Notes under the pieces: generated by a model
The model's database searches: none
The model's input: the letters and a program-made list of their open reading frames with translations, nothing else
What the model was told of the DNA's origin: nothing
Translations under genes and position numbers: made by a program
Part shown: positions 50,566-63,690 of the stretch, piece after piece
Position numbering within the stretch: position 1 is the stretch's first letter
Layout: each line of letters opens with the position of its first letter
NCBI GenBank assembly: GCA_965113315.1
Contig: OZ220367.1
Direction: 5' to 3' (one strand)
DNA length: 64,000 nt
Origin: Podarcis vaucheri
Taxonomy: Eukaryota

Positions 50566-51210
50566 GTAGCAGGAGAACTCTTGCTCTTCCTGGGTCCAGC
50601 CAATCAGACTCAAGAGACAGGAGGAGAGAGTCCAAGATTCTTTATTTCAGCTGTACAGCGAATAGACTCAGGGGGATCACTCCCTAAAGAACTAAGACTC
50701 CACCAAGCAGCGTTTATGGGGCCTTTTTATAACAAATGTAACAAACATCTTATAACAAATCCATATCACAAAGTGCTCTTGAAAATCTATTCTGTTTGAG
50801 GAAGGGCCTCTGCCTGAGACCCTGGAGACCTGCCAATACCGACCAAAGCTTAGATCCTGCCTCCAACTCTCCTCTTGGCTTGCCTGCATTTTCCTCCTTG
50901 CCCTTTGTATTCTTCTGGTTCTTGGTTCTTTGTCAAAGTGTGCTTTTCGGTTTTGCATCGTCATGCTTTTTCTCTTGGTATTTATTCTTTTACCTTCTGA
51001 TATTTGTTCAATTGATCCCCTTCCTCTTTCTGAAAGCAACTGTGGAGTCATTTATTTCAGCCAGCCCACGCCTGATTGTTTTTGGCCTTCTCTTCCTTCC
51101 AATTTATTACTTTATTTCCCCATTCATTTCTCATACTCAATTGCCTAAATTAGATTAGAGGCCCATTTGGCAGATCAGACTGTTTCTCCATCTAACCCCA
51201 TCTTGTCTAC
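50566..51210 (-). mobile_element. Possible old solo LTR
   Basis: On the minus strand a TATAAAAA (~50724-50731) precedes AATAAA (50641-50646); boundaries and TSD unclear. Confidence 0.3.
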
Positions 51211-51600
51211 TTAAGGGGTGGGGAGCCTCAGGCCTGGGAGCTGAATGCAGCCTCCCCACCTTCTCTAGCAGGATCTCAGGACTCTTCCTAGGCCATACCA
51301 TCTCTCTCAAGGACACACTCTATTGGCCCTCCTTGAATGTTTTTGCCTGGCTGGAATGTGTCCTAGATAACCAGTAATGCTTTCCTAGAGTGTCCCTGTG
51401 TGTAGAAACTAGCCTAGTGTACAAATATAAAATGTGCATTCTTTGCTCCACCTACTTTTTCCCTGGCCACACCCACCACTTGCATGGGGCCTGTGGAAGG
51501 TTGCCCAGAAGGGAATGCAGCCTTGAGGCTGAAAAAGATTCCCCATCCCCGGTCTGCTAAGGTGTCCCCCCTCCCATGTTATTAGTATTCATTGTTAACA

Positions 51601-52073
51601 TTATTATTGTTATTTATTACATTTCTATACTGCCCTTCAGCCAATAAAATACATACAGTGGTACCTCGGGTTACATACGCTTCAGGTTACAGACTCCGCT
51701 AACCCAGAAATAGTGCTTCAGGTTAAGAACTTTGCTTCAGGATGAGAACAGAAATCGTGCTCCGGCGGCGCGGCGGCAGCAGGAGGCCCCATTAGCTAAA
51801 GTGGTGCTTCAGGTTAAGAACAGTTTCAGGTTAAGTACGGATCTCCAGAACGAATTAAGTACTTAACCTGAGGTACCATATAACAAACAAACAATAGCCC
51901 CCACAGTTTAAAAGGCCTTAAATTGTTTAAGCAGCCAATGGCCTGTGAAGAGGTGGTTTTTGCCCGGTGCCTAAAGATATGTAAGAAAGGCAACAGGTGA
52001 GCTTCCCTTAGGGAGAGCATTCCACAAGTGGGGAGCCACCTCAGAAAAGGCCCATTGTTGTGTTGCTGCCCCA
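51601..52073 (-). mobile_element. L2 LINE 3' end, interrupted by a MITE
   Basis: agggagagcattccaca...aaaaggccc and an (AAT)-type tail on the minus strand. Confidence 0.6.
51656..51878. mobile_element. Tc1/mariner MITE
   Basis: Same family as 14409; right TIR lacks its last 3 nt. Confidence 0.85.
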
Positions 52074-53192
52074 AAGAATCTACTCATTTGCTGCTCTAGT
52101 TGTTTCATTTTGCTGCCTGTCAGCCACATGGAGTGGTAGGCAGGCAGGCAAGCAGCAGGCAGGTTGTTGTTGTTGTTGCTGCTGCTGTTGTTATTGTGTG
52201 TGTTGGGATGGGACGGGGAAAGCATGTGAATTACCTGTTTCTCATTTTGCTGCCTGCCAGTCATGTGAAAATGGTGTTGGGGAGTATAGGAAGAAACGTG
52301 GGAATCTTCCTCTTCCTCTGCTGCTGCTGTGTTTGTTTTACTGCCTGCCGGCACAGAGAGCAGGCAGCTACTTGAGAGGAGCCTCAATGGAATATGAGGT
52401 TGTGGGGAAGATATCACAGCTCTCTCCTGTTTCAGCTGCATGCCATAACACAGAGATTGTTACAAAGCTGTTGGGGAGGAGCCTGGTGTAAAAGCACCTT
52501 CACCTTCATCATCTTCTTTTTCCTGATTGTTCCCAAGTTGTTGGGTTTTATTTTTGAAGGTGGGGAGCCCAGTGCAATGGCATCTTCATTATGATTGCCA
52601 TTCCAATTGTTTCCAAGTTGTTTGCAGGTGCGGAAGTGCAGGTGCATAACATTGATGATTATCAGGGTTTTTCTTATTTTTCCTCAAGGTTTTGTTTGTT
52701 TGTTTGTTTTTGACATGGGGGACCAATTCAGAGGCATAATTATTACCATCACCTCTTCTTCCTGCCATGCCCACAGCTGGGATTGTTTGTTCCCAGGCTG
52801 TTTGAGGAATGCAAGGGCAGATACGTTATTATAATCTCCTCATACCCTACTAATTTTGACATAGCTATGTTTACAGAGCAAATAGCATACAAAGCAAATA
52901 TGGTAGGTGAACGACTAGAGCCCCCCCCCAATGGCTGTGCACAGGGTCCCACAGACCACAGATCTGCCACTGAGCACATTCAAAACACATTTCCACCCTC
53001 AAAGAGTTTTGTCCAGCGTAGTGTGTTAAGGGTTGCTGGGAATCGTAACTCTGTGAGGGGTAAGCTACAGAATTCTTTGAGGGGGGAAATGTGCATTGAT
53101 TGTACTTTAAAGGTTTAGTGTCTTTCTTGTCACCTCTTAATGATTCCTTGTTTTAACCAGAAATGTTAGAGATCTGAACCTGGGACCTACTA

Positions 53193-53452
53193 CAGTCATG
53201 CCTCATGTTACGTCCGTTTCATGTTACATTCTTTCAGGTTACATCCAGCGGTGACCCAGAAATACCGGAAAGGGTTACTTCTAGGTTTGGCCGCTCGCAC
53301 ATGCGCAGAAGCACAAAATGACATCACACACATGTGCAGAAGCAGTGAATCGCAACCCGCACGTGTGCAGACGCACCACTGCAGGTTGCGCTCTTTTCAT
53401 CTTGCGAACGGGCCTCCAGAATGGATCCCGTTCACAACCAGAGGTACCACTC
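53193..53452. mobile_element. Tc1/mariner MITE, related older family
   Basis: TA|CAGTCATGCCTC...GAGGTACCACTC|TA. Confidence 0.65.
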
Positions 53453-54249
53453 TACATATAAAGCACAGCTCTGCTATTGAAAAATGAGGTACTACTCCGT
53501 TGCAATATAGGAAAAACACTTTTTAAGGGGTCTAAAAAATTACTACAGATTTTCAGTTACTATATATTCAGAAACAAATGCTTCCCCTCTCCATTACAAT
53601 TCCACCTTTTTGTATTTTAATAGGGTAGATGATACTAAAAAGACTTTTAGGTTTTGTTCTTGAGGTAATATTGATGATAGCATTACTCTTAACTTTGTCC
53701 TTTATTGTGGGAGATGACAGAAACAAGGATATATTATGGTGAAACGCTTGGGGACTTAAAGCCTTAAAGCCTTCCCTGAAAGCTGGAGGCTTTCCTTGTT
53801 GTTTTTTGTTTATTTGATGTAGTCCTTTTCTGGCAGGTATTGCAAGGCTGAGATTTCACCTTTTAAGGCTTTGTGAGCAGCACCTCGAGAATCCAAATTA
53901 CTTAGGCTTCTTCAGCTGAAAAGAATTCTAAGGATGGCAAAGACTCCTTTGAAGGCTCTCAGTATGAAAGATGTTAGTGCCTAAAGGATAGGAGACACAA
54001 AAGTAAGGAAAAGCTGGAGCTCCTTAGGCTGCGTATGCAACTTTTACAGAATGCTTCATCAAGCAGAGTGGAAAGGATGCTGAACCGACTAAATGGCTCC
54101 GATCCAAAGAGCTACCTTGGTTGTGTTATGTAGGATACAGTTATTTTAAATGTTAAACTTGAATTAGAAGTCCCTAGGATGGCTGGTATTCAATTTGAAG
54201 GGGGCAGACTTTCTGCTCTGTGTGGAAACACTTGTTTTAAGGATGCACA

Positions 54250-54990
54250 GGCAAGATGCTTAAATGAGCAGCTGCTGCAGAACTCCAGGTGCTATTTGAT
54301 GACACTAGTTATGTGGATTCATTTCAATCTGGTTTCCAGCCCAGATTCTAGCTCTTGAAACAACTTTGATTGTGTAGATGATGACCAGCACTGAGAGAAG
54401 GACAGGGGAGCCCAACCATGATCCTTCTCCTGGTCCTCTCAGCAGTTTCCGAAGCAATCAACCTTGATACTCATTTTTGATAAAATGTGTGGTCAAATTG
54501 GGGGCACTGTGCTTCAGTGGTGGTTCCATGCCTATGTAGGTGGCTGTTTCCACAAGGTGGTGCTGGGGGACTATTATTGTTCTGCCCATGCTATGGTGAG
54601 CCTCAAGGCTCTATCTCATCCCCCATGCTGTTTAGCATCTTCATGAAACATTTGTGTGAGGTCCTTTGGAGTGTTGGAGTGTGGGCTCATCGTTACACTA
54701 ATGATACCCTACTCTATTTCTCCTTTTTACTGCATTTTTACAGAATTCAGGCAAAACACCAGCAGTGCTAAATTTGTAAATTTACTATAGATAATTGACT
54801 ACTGGAGGTCCGTTCTAATAAGAAGGAGAGTCTGCTGGTAGATGGTCTAGGTATGCCAGGAAAATGATGTGTGGCTTGCATTGGATGGGTATGTCCTCCC
54901 CCTGCAAGTCCATGTTCATAGTCTGGGGGTGCTATTAGATCCAGCCCAATCTTTGGTGGCTCACGGCGTTTCCATGTGCTCTGGTTTCCA
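54250..54990 (+). mobile_element. Decayed L2 LINE reverse-transcriptase fragment
   Basis: QSGF, LLVLSA, PQGSISSPMLFSIFM and HRYTNDTLLYFS (YADD motif) remnants. Confidence 0.75.
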
Positions 54991-55033
54991 TCATGGTGTT
55001 CTGTTGCATCAGAAGCTGTTTAGTCATCCTTAT

Positions 55034-55168
55034 CACATGACCCAGAAAGCTGTCTGTGGACAAACGCCGGCTCCTCAGCCTGAAAGCGAGATGAGCACTG
55101 CAACCCCATCGTCACCCTTGACAGGACTTAACCATCCAGGGGTTCTTTACCCTTTACCTTTTACCTTA
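55034..55168 (+). mobile_element. Sauria SINE 3' fragment
   Basis: cacatgaccc...aaagcgagatgagcac...(ACCTTT)n. Confidence 0.75.
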
Positions 55169-56710
55169 CCACCAACTAAAGTGAACCAACTAAAGCCTCT
55201 TCTGGACAGCCTGCTCATAGCTAGCCCAGGACCGAGGGTGCCAAACACTCCCATGAAGGTGGCTTGAATTTCCCCCCCTTGAGTCACACAACCTGAATTC
55301 TCCTAAGCCAAGCTTCTTTTAAAAAGTGCATAAATTGGTTACAGCTAGGTTGGGCAAGTCTGAGTGCAAAATACTGTCCTCGGCCTAATTTCATGCAAAT
55401 TGCATGGAAGGGGAGAAGCAATTAAGAAAATGTCAGGAAGAGATGAATGGCAGGCAGCAGGAAGAGACAGGGAAAAAGAATAATGCCCATGTTTGGTTCT
55501 AGCACCACCCACTGCTAGATCGAACCACTCCCACAGTTTTCACTGGCTCCGCCCACAGCTAGGGTGTGCCCCCCCCCAATATCATCCACAAGAGAAATGT
55601 TCCCCACCCCTGGGCTTCAGCATATTACAGCCAGGATATAGCCTTTCGTTTTTCTGTCACAGCCTTTCCTAGGATCTTGAAAGGCAGGAGCTTCAATGTG
55701 ATAAGAGACTGATATTTAGTGTTAGGTTAGGAGCTGCCTCTCTTTGTGCCTGTAATACTTTTGGAAAGTCAAGACGCTTCTGCAACAGATGGCATTGCTT
55801 CTAACATAAGCCCAGCCTAGGTAGCTTAGGGGATTTGGAAATGGGATATGGATAGGCAACCTGCCTTTTTCCTGTGTCATTGGTTTACAACTGGTCCAGA
55901 TATATTGGTTATCTGAATGTTATTAACATTGGCACACAATAGCTTATTTACATTTACCTGGAGAATGAGGGCAACTGTTTAGCATGCTCTGGAGATCCCT
56001 GGGCTTCCTCAGTGATAAGATCGGTAAAGAAAGAGAAGCTTTCTTGAAAGACAGCTTGCATAAAACTTCTATCTTTCCCTGTCCCCCCCCCTCCCCAAAA
56101 CTGACTAAAAACCGAATGCCTTTCCTTGTAGGGGGGCTGCTCCACACCTTTGATCCTTTGCTTGCATTTTTCTATGATATCCTTTTTGAGATGGGTTGAT
56201 CAGAATGGTACACAGTGTTCCAAAAAGCAGCAGCACTAAAGATTCGTATAAGGACATTCTTGTGCTGCAAGTGCCTGCTGTAAAGTGTGCATCTGCATTT
56301 TTCACTTGTTGAAGTTTTTTTTAGGAGCAGGCTTGGATAGAGGGCCAAGACCTGCAGCAAGGTTCTTAAATATACTCAACACTGAAATAGTACAGTGTTG
56401 TTGTTGTTGTTGTTTGTGTATCAAAGTGCTGCGAGTACTTTTTAAAAGGAGGAACAAATGCATGTGGTCAAATTCCCTCCTGGCAGCCTGGCATATATTA
56501 TAATACATGGTCACTGCAAAGCCTTTCAAACAAGGTTAATGTTTGAAATTTTGCTGATTGGCACATGAACCTTTTGAGTTGATGGAGCCTTGTGTCCCAT
56601 GTGCAGGTGGGACTGGAGGTGATGCTAATACACAACCAAATTGAAACAGCTCCTTCTTCCTCTACCTCTTTGCACAAGCATAATGGGAATCTCTGGAGGT
56701 TTTGCTGAGA

Positions 56711-57290
56711 CAGTTCAGTTGGTAGAGCATTGTTGTTGTTTAGTCGTTTAGTCATGTCCGGCTCTTCGTGACCCCATGGACCAGAGCACACCAGGCACTC
56801 CTGTCTTCCACTGCCTCCTGCAGTTCGGTCAAACTCATGCTGGTAGCTTTGAGAACACTGTCCAACCATCTCGTCCTCTATCGTCCCCTTCTCCTTGTGC
56901 CCTCCATCTTTCCCAACATCAGGGTCTTTTCCAGGGAGTCTTCTCTTCTCATGAGGTGGCCAAAGTATTGGAGCCTCAGCTTCAGGATCTGTCCTTCCAG
57001 TGAGCACTCAGGGCTGATTTCCTTAAGAATGGATAGGTTTGATCTTCTTGCAGTCCATGAGACTCTCAAGAGTCTCCTCCAGCACCATAATTCAAAAGCA
57101 TCAATTCTTCGGTGATCAGCCTTCTTTATGGTCCAGCTCTCACTTCCATACATGTATGGTAGAGCATGGGACTCCTTAGTTTCAGGGTTATGGGTTCAAG
57201 CCCCACATTGAGCAAAGAATTCCTGCATTGCAGGGGGTTGGGTTGGGTGGCCCTTGGGGGTACATTCCAACTCTGCAGTTCTATGATTCT
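56711..57290 (+). mobile_element. tRNA-Lys/CR1-tail SINE split by a BovB insertion
   Basis: cagttcagttggtagagcat | gggact...gggttcaagcccc...ttctatgattct. Confidence 0.75.
56731..57156 (-). mobile_element. RTE-BovB LINE, 5'-truncated
   Basis: YGSESWTIKKADHRRIDAFELWCWRRLLRVSWTARRSN...YFGHLMRR; (CAA)n tail; TSD TGGTAGAGCAT (56720-56730, 57157-57167). Confidence 0.93.
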
Positions 57291-58560
57291 AAAGTATATA
57301 TCTGCATCAGTATGAAACCATATGGATCTAAGATGCATACAGAGGGGGAAGCAATGCATTCCCCCTCCTTCCTTGGTACTTTTATCCCTCCCTGCCTCCC
57401 TGCTCTGTCCTCTGACATTCCTGTGATGGTGCTCCTGCTAAATGCGACTTGGGTGGACCTCAAGATTGTCCATCAGTAGAGCATGAATCACCTGGAAAGG
57501 CTATAAGGAGCATTATTGCTCTTTAAGGCCAGACACTGTCTGATCTTACCAACTGTGTGCAGCTTTTACCTGAGAAAATCTATTCCCTTTCAGCCGGTAA
57601 GTTGGTAATATGCTTGTATTGATTTTCAATTCTCGTCTGAGTTTCATTGGTCTTGCACTGATGGCTTAACACCAGTGGGAAGCTGATACTATATTCTTTT
57701 CTGCTTTGTTTCTCACAGATTAAGCTACTAATGATGAACAAATCCTGGCTAAAATCTACATGTTCACAGCGTTTCAATAAGGACATAATAAGAGCCATGC
57801 TATATTAGACGATCCATCAATGAACCCTAAAAGCAGAGCATAAAACAACAACTTTCTTTGTGGCTTGCTCCAGCACCCAGTATACTGCCTCTGAATATGG
57901 GGTTTCCATTTTTCTATCGTAGCTAAATTTATCTTATGTGAGTTTGAGACTCCGTTGTTAGCATTAATGTTGTCAGCAGGATGCAGGAAACGCTCCCTGT
58001 AAAATCCAGCAGAAGCACCTGTTCACTAAAGTGATGCATTCCAGCTTTAGCCAAACATTTGCTTTGCGCCAAAAATAAGGCCCTAAAGACACGTCACTTA
58101 CAAATACAGAGTGGGAAGGGACCCTGAGGATCATGTAGTCCAACCCCCTGCAATGCAGAAATATGCAGCTGTCCCATGCAGGGCTCAAACCTGCAGCCTT
58201 GGCATTATCACCACCCCCCTCTAACCAACTGAGCTATCCAGGTTGGCATGTGCAGCACATGCTTTGTGACTGTGTTCTCCATGGGAAAGTACCTTTGGAA
58301 GGGGAAGGGGGATCAGAAAAGAAGGAAGAGAAAGGGAACACTTGGGGAAGGGTTCGTAGCTCAGTGGCTGAGCATCTGCTTGGCATGCCTGTTGCTGATT
58401 CAGCCTCCAGCATTTCCAGAAAGGGCTGAGAGAAACCCCAAGGAGCTAGATGAACTAATAAGTCAGCTTCCTATGTTCCTAGCCCTTTTGCTGCTCTACC
58501 ACTTCTCTGGTCAAAATGGTCTCTGACCACTTGGCCTCTCCCTCTGGCATACATTGTACC

Positions 58561-59140
58561 ATGAAGGATGGAGCGAGCTTGTTTTCTCCTGCTCTGGAGG
58601 GTAGGACTTGAACCAATGGCTTCAAGATACAAGAAAGAAGATTCCAACTAAACATCAGGAACAGCTTTCTGACAGTAAGAGCCGTTCAACGTTGGAATGG
58701 TCTCCCTTGGAGGTTGTGGACCTCCTTCCTTGGAGGTTTTTAAGCAGGGTGAAATATACTCGGAGTCGAGAGTGGATTTCATGCTCTTTATTCAGCTCAT
58801 AGCGGTGAGGAGGAATGAATGTTTCCCCAAAATATCTGCTTTATATACATTATTTACACAATGGGCTGCACGAGATTGGCTAATTCCGGGATTAGGCCAA
58901 TCAGGTTGTAGATTCACTTCCACCTGGAGCTGGATTGGGTGGCTCCTCCGGACCAATCATACTGCTGCATTGTTCTAGGACCAATCATACTGTTGCATTC
59001 TGAATCCTATTGTTCTAGGACCAATCAGACTGCTGCATTTTGGATCCTATTCAACTCAGTACATAACACCGGGGCTGGGTGTCCATCTGTCATGGATTCT
59101 TTAGCTAAGATTCCTGCATTGCAGGGGGTCAGACTAGCAA
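58561..59140 (+). mobile_element. CR1 LINE 3' fragment interrupted by a solo LTR
   Basis: ggaggttgtggacctccttccttggaggtttttaagcag | ggctgggtgtccatctgtca...cctgcattgcagggg. Confidence 0.7.
58750..59068 (-). mobile_element. Solo LTR, 319 bp
   Basis: TG...CA ends; 5-bp TSD CAGGG/CCGGG; on the minus strand, repeated CCAAT modules, TATATAAA (58840-58847), then AATAAA (58787-58792). Confidence 0.8.
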
Positions 59141-59815
59141 TAGTAAGTGGTTAATAGCTGCTTCAGTGAGAGGCCCCTTCCTCAACTATGTGTTTTGCTT
59201 AGCAATGTGCTTTTATGGTTCTCCCTGCACCCATAATGGCCAGGAACTTTTAAAATGAAAGCTGAGATTCTCCAGATCATTCTCAGTTTGGCATATTTGT
59301 ATGACTGCAGGTGGCACACCGGCAGTTCTGCAGATTTTCACAGCTCTCATATATAAGTAGCCTGCGTAAGACGGGAAGCAGTTTCATTCATAACCTCAAA
59401 ATATTTTGGCTACAAGACATGTGGAGCACCATTCACTTGCTTCATGCCATGCACTGGGTTTTCCTTGCTGGTTTGGGGTGTTCTGTCTTCATCAGCATTT
59501 TCTCTATTTTCCTTTTCCACCCCTTTTTCCAACCAAAAGGAATATTCCTATTTCTCTGCGCCATCTGCCCTGTGGCTTTGACCCAGATATCGACTTTATC
59601 CCCTTCAAGATATGACAGTGTTGGGAAATTTATGTACCACTTTTAGCCTCGGTCTCCAACTTGCACCATAAACTATAGCAACTACAGCATAAAGTGTGCC
59701 TCGAGTTAACGACAAGAGATGGTGCTGAAAGTTTCAGATAAAGACACCTTCCCCCTTACTACTTCTTACATTTTATTAAAAATTACTGAGAAGAACAGCA
59801 GCTTCCCTTGAAGTA

Positions 59816-60162
59816 AGGGAAAGGGAAAGGGACCCTGACCATTAGGTCCAGTCGTGGCCGACTGGGGTTGCGGCGCTCATCTCGCTTTATTGGCCGAGGG
59901 AGCCGGCGTACAGCTTCCAGGTCATGTGGCCAGCATGACTAAGCCACTTCTGGCGAACCAGAGCAGCTCACAGAAACGCTGTTTACATTCCCGCTGGAAG
60001 GTATTTATCTACTTGCACTTTGATGTGCTTTTGAACTGCTAGGTTGGCAGGAGCTGGGACTGAGCAACGGGAGCTCACCCCGTTGCGGGGATTCGAACTG
60101 CCGACCTTCTGATCGGCAAGTCCTAGGCTCTGTGGTTTAACCCACAGCGCCACCCGTGTCCC
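59816..60162 (-). mobile_element. Sauria SINE
   Basis: TSD CTTCCCTTGAAGTA (59802-59815, 60164-60177). Confidence 0.9.
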
Positions 60163-60705
60163 CCTTCCCTTGAAGTATGCAATGCAAAAAGAGTTTCCTT
60201 GGAATTTGATGAGAAGCTAGGCATTACGCCATTATTTTTGCAATCGTTTTTCCTGAACTCAAAGCTGTGGCGGTGGGAGAGAAAGTGCAGGTTAGATAAA
60301 TTGTCTGTTGGGGTGGATTTGCAGAAAAAGTTGTTCTAAGTCAGTAAAATGAATAAAATACAGACTCAACAACACAAAAGATGCAATATGTGCTAATAAA
60401 GGGGGAAACAAAACACCATTTTTGATGAATGGAATTTTCCTCTGAGGCTTCTCTAAGAGCCTGGCTGTAAGTAATATACTGTACAGTACCTGTAATGTGG
60501 AACTGTTGACTTTATCCCCGTCTCTCTCTCTATTTTCAATAACATAAAAGCAACATATGGGTGGAATCCACACACATATAAAAACCATTTCAAAAATGCT
60601 TTTTTAAAAAGCCTTTTTAAAAATACATTGAATTTTCCATAAGGCTCACTATCTCCATCTAGTGTCACATTGTATATTGCACTTAAAACGTTTTATTTGC
60701 AGCTG

Positions 60706-61173
60706 AAATAAATTATAAACTTAAAAAATTGTCCAGTAGCACCTTAAAGGTAAAGGGACCCCCGACCATTAGGTCCAGTTGCAGACGACTCTGGGGTTGT
60801 GGCACTCATCTCACTTTACTGGCCGAGGGAGCCGGCGTACAGCTTCCAGGTCATGTGGCCAGCATGACTAAGCCGCTTCCAGCAAACCAGAGCAGTGCAC
60901 GGAAACAGCATTTACCTTCTCGCTGGAGCAGTACCTATTTATCTACTTCCACTTTGATGTGCTTTCGAACTGGTAGGTTGGCAGGAGCAGGTACTGAGCA
61001 ATGGGAGATCACCCCGTCATGGGGATTCGAACCGCCAACCTTCTGATCAGCAAGCGCTAGGCTCTGTGGTTTAACTCACAGCGCCACCCGCGTCCCATAG
61101 TAGCACCTTAGAGACCAACTAAGTTTATTTTGGGTATAAGCTTTAGTGTACATGCACACTTCTTCAGATACCA
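60706..61173 (-). mobile_element. Family B PLE terminal insertion split by a Sauria SINE
   Basis: 26-bp flanking duplication CACTTAAAACGTTTTATTTGCAGCTG (60680-60705, 61174-61199); hammerhead with GAAA changed to UAAA at ~61133-61172. Confidence 0.82.
60747..61097 (-). mobile_element. Sauria SINE
   Basis: TSD AGTAGCACCTTA (60735-60746, 61099-61110). Confidence 0.9.
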
Positions 61174-63687
61174 CACTTAAAACGTTTTATTTGCAGCTGT
61201 ATAGCTGAGTCCATGGAGATGCTTGACTGGAAAAGCAGATTTCCTTTAAATATTTGGTACTTTACATATCTTGGTACTTTCCTATACTAGTGACATTCTA
61301 GCAAAGGGGTCACCAATGTCTTTGAGCTTGTGGGCACATTTGCAAAATCGAGAAACTGTTGTGGGCACACAAATCGTGACCAAGGACACAGTAGTCTATT
61401 GCTTACAACAGAATGCTTTATTCAAGCTTAATTTAAGCAGGGGGTGGGGGAGCCTGCAGGCACCAGGGAAGGCCTCTCTGGGCACATGTGCTTCTGTGGG
61501 CATCAGGTTAGCGGCTCCTGAAAAACAAGTATGTGTTCCCAGATAGCTCAGTTGGTAGAGCATGAGACTCTTAATCTCTTGTTGCAATCCTGAGCACAGT
61601 TTGCTTGAAAGCAGGAGATGGGTTAGACACAGCATATCGCTTGGTATAGCTGTTCCTGGACTGTACAACTTCAGAATTTAGACTGGGAGAGAGATGCTCA
61701 CAATCTGTGCTTTCCAGAATACTCTATAGGACAATTTAAACTAGGGAACCTGTGGCACTGATGGGCTACAACTGCCATCAGCCCCAGCACAGCCAATGGT
61801 CAGGGATGATGGGAGTTGTAATCTGACAACATATGGAGAACCTTGGGGTGTTTCTTTAGCCATTGGAGCAGAATATGCAATCTATTTTGCTTGCAGCCAA
61901 CTAGCAGTGCTGCATTGTAAGTGACTCAAAGACGTCAAGACTTTCAAAAACTCAGGGGCTGCAAGGGAGGCCAGAATGGAAACCTATTGTGAAAGTCATG
62001 GTGCCAAGCTCTTTGGCCAATCTGGCACCAGATTCATAAGGCTTATTGTTTGGCCAGTACCTGAAGCCCAAGTCATAGCTGATTGAAGCCTACACCCCCT
62101 GTCTGAAACCCTGCAGAGCAGTTGTCGGTCAATGTAGTTAATAGATAGATAGGCCAGTCACCTGATTTGGTATAAGACAGGTTCTTATACTGAGCATGTT
62201 ACTAAAATGATGTATCAACTGCAATGACTACTTGTCCATTTCCAGAGAGCCATTTCCCTGCATAGGGAAGCTTTTAATGTTTGATGTATTACAGTATTTT
62301 AATATTATTATTTTTGGAAGCTGCCCAGAGTGGCTGGGGAAGCCCAGCCAGATGGGCGGGGTATAAATAATAAATTATTATTATTATTATTTCAAGAGAA
62401 CCAGGAGCAGGGAACCTGTGGCCCCTCCAGATCTTGTTTAACTACAACTCACATCATTCCATGCTTGCTGGGGCTGATAAGAGTCAGAGAAGACAGATAT
62501 GACACAATAAAACAGCTCGCTTCACTGTGACTGCACTGCAAATGAGCCTTCATGCCTAAATTAGATTGGCCTGTGTGCCGCCAATCCCCTTTACTGCCGC
62601 AACCTTTGCTGCCTCCCCTCTGCTCTGGTTGGTGAAAATTGATGTGGCTTCCTGCAGGTAGTTGCTTGAGACGACTGGAAGTTTCCTACACACTTGACTG
62701 CAGGCTGCTTTGTTAAGGTTCTCCTATTGCAGAAGGAAGTAGCAGCAATGAAGGTGAAAAAAAGAGCAGGACTGACAAGTTGAGCCACTGCTCCGTTTGA
62801 TGGGATGCTTGTCTGTCAGTTCAGCCGTGAAGACAGATTGGCAGTGCATCTGACAAATGCCCCTCTGAGCCTCCTTTTAATATTATGTCCGCCGATGTCT
62901 TAGACTCCGGGGCATCAGGCCGTGCAACTGGGTATCCTTGACCACTTCTAAATTGTGGTCCAATTAAAGAACTTGGACATCATCCACAGGAACACACACT
63001 TTCCCTCTGTCACTGGGAAGCAATGCAAGAGTTCTCTGGCATTTCAGCGAGGGAACAGTTGCGCATAGCAAAGCCCTTGCTCGTCCCATAGTTTTGCCAT
63101 CCACTTTAGGCATCTGGTAGTTAACAGCTGTTTCTCGGGTGGCATGGAAAGGGATATGGAGGCAAAACCTCCCCTAGCCTGAATTCTCCTTCAAGGGAAA
63201 AAGTCTTGCTCTAGAGGCAATTAACAGCTTACGTGTCCTGCACAAGGCACACCAGGAATTTCACACTCGGAGAAAGCCAAAGATGTCTTGACAGTGAAAG
63301 CTGGCTTGGACCAGTGCTTGCCTGAAACAATATGCCAGTCTGTCGCGCGGCAGTTAGAGGAATGGGTATGCCTGAAACTGACCAGCTACTGAGTGACAAT
63401 AGGGTATTAAATGAAGCAGTTATTGCACAAGGCAACGCTGCCATTAAATGTGTGTTTTGTGTGCCGGTGACAAGCTCCCCGTTTTCCAAGTGGTAAACCG
63501 GGGATGGAAAACCTGTGGCCAGCCAGATGTTGCTAGACTGAAACTCCATTCATCCCTGATCATTTGAGGTGCTGGCTGGGGTTGATGAGAGTTGAAGTGC
63601 AGCCATATCTGGAGGGCTACAGGTTCCCCACTCCTGAAGTACAGCCACTACACTTGTGAAAAGAGGGTACCCAGACACTTGCAGAGG

Positions 63688-63690
<3 letters not shown>

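Noticed and set aside
59311-59646. Hydrophobic ORF (MHWVFLAG...) faintly like the Slo-channel S0 segment; KCNMA1 follows DLG5 in human
   Set aside because: Lacks the TFFGGL motif, and no further channel exons were recognised; likely chance from T-rich sequence.
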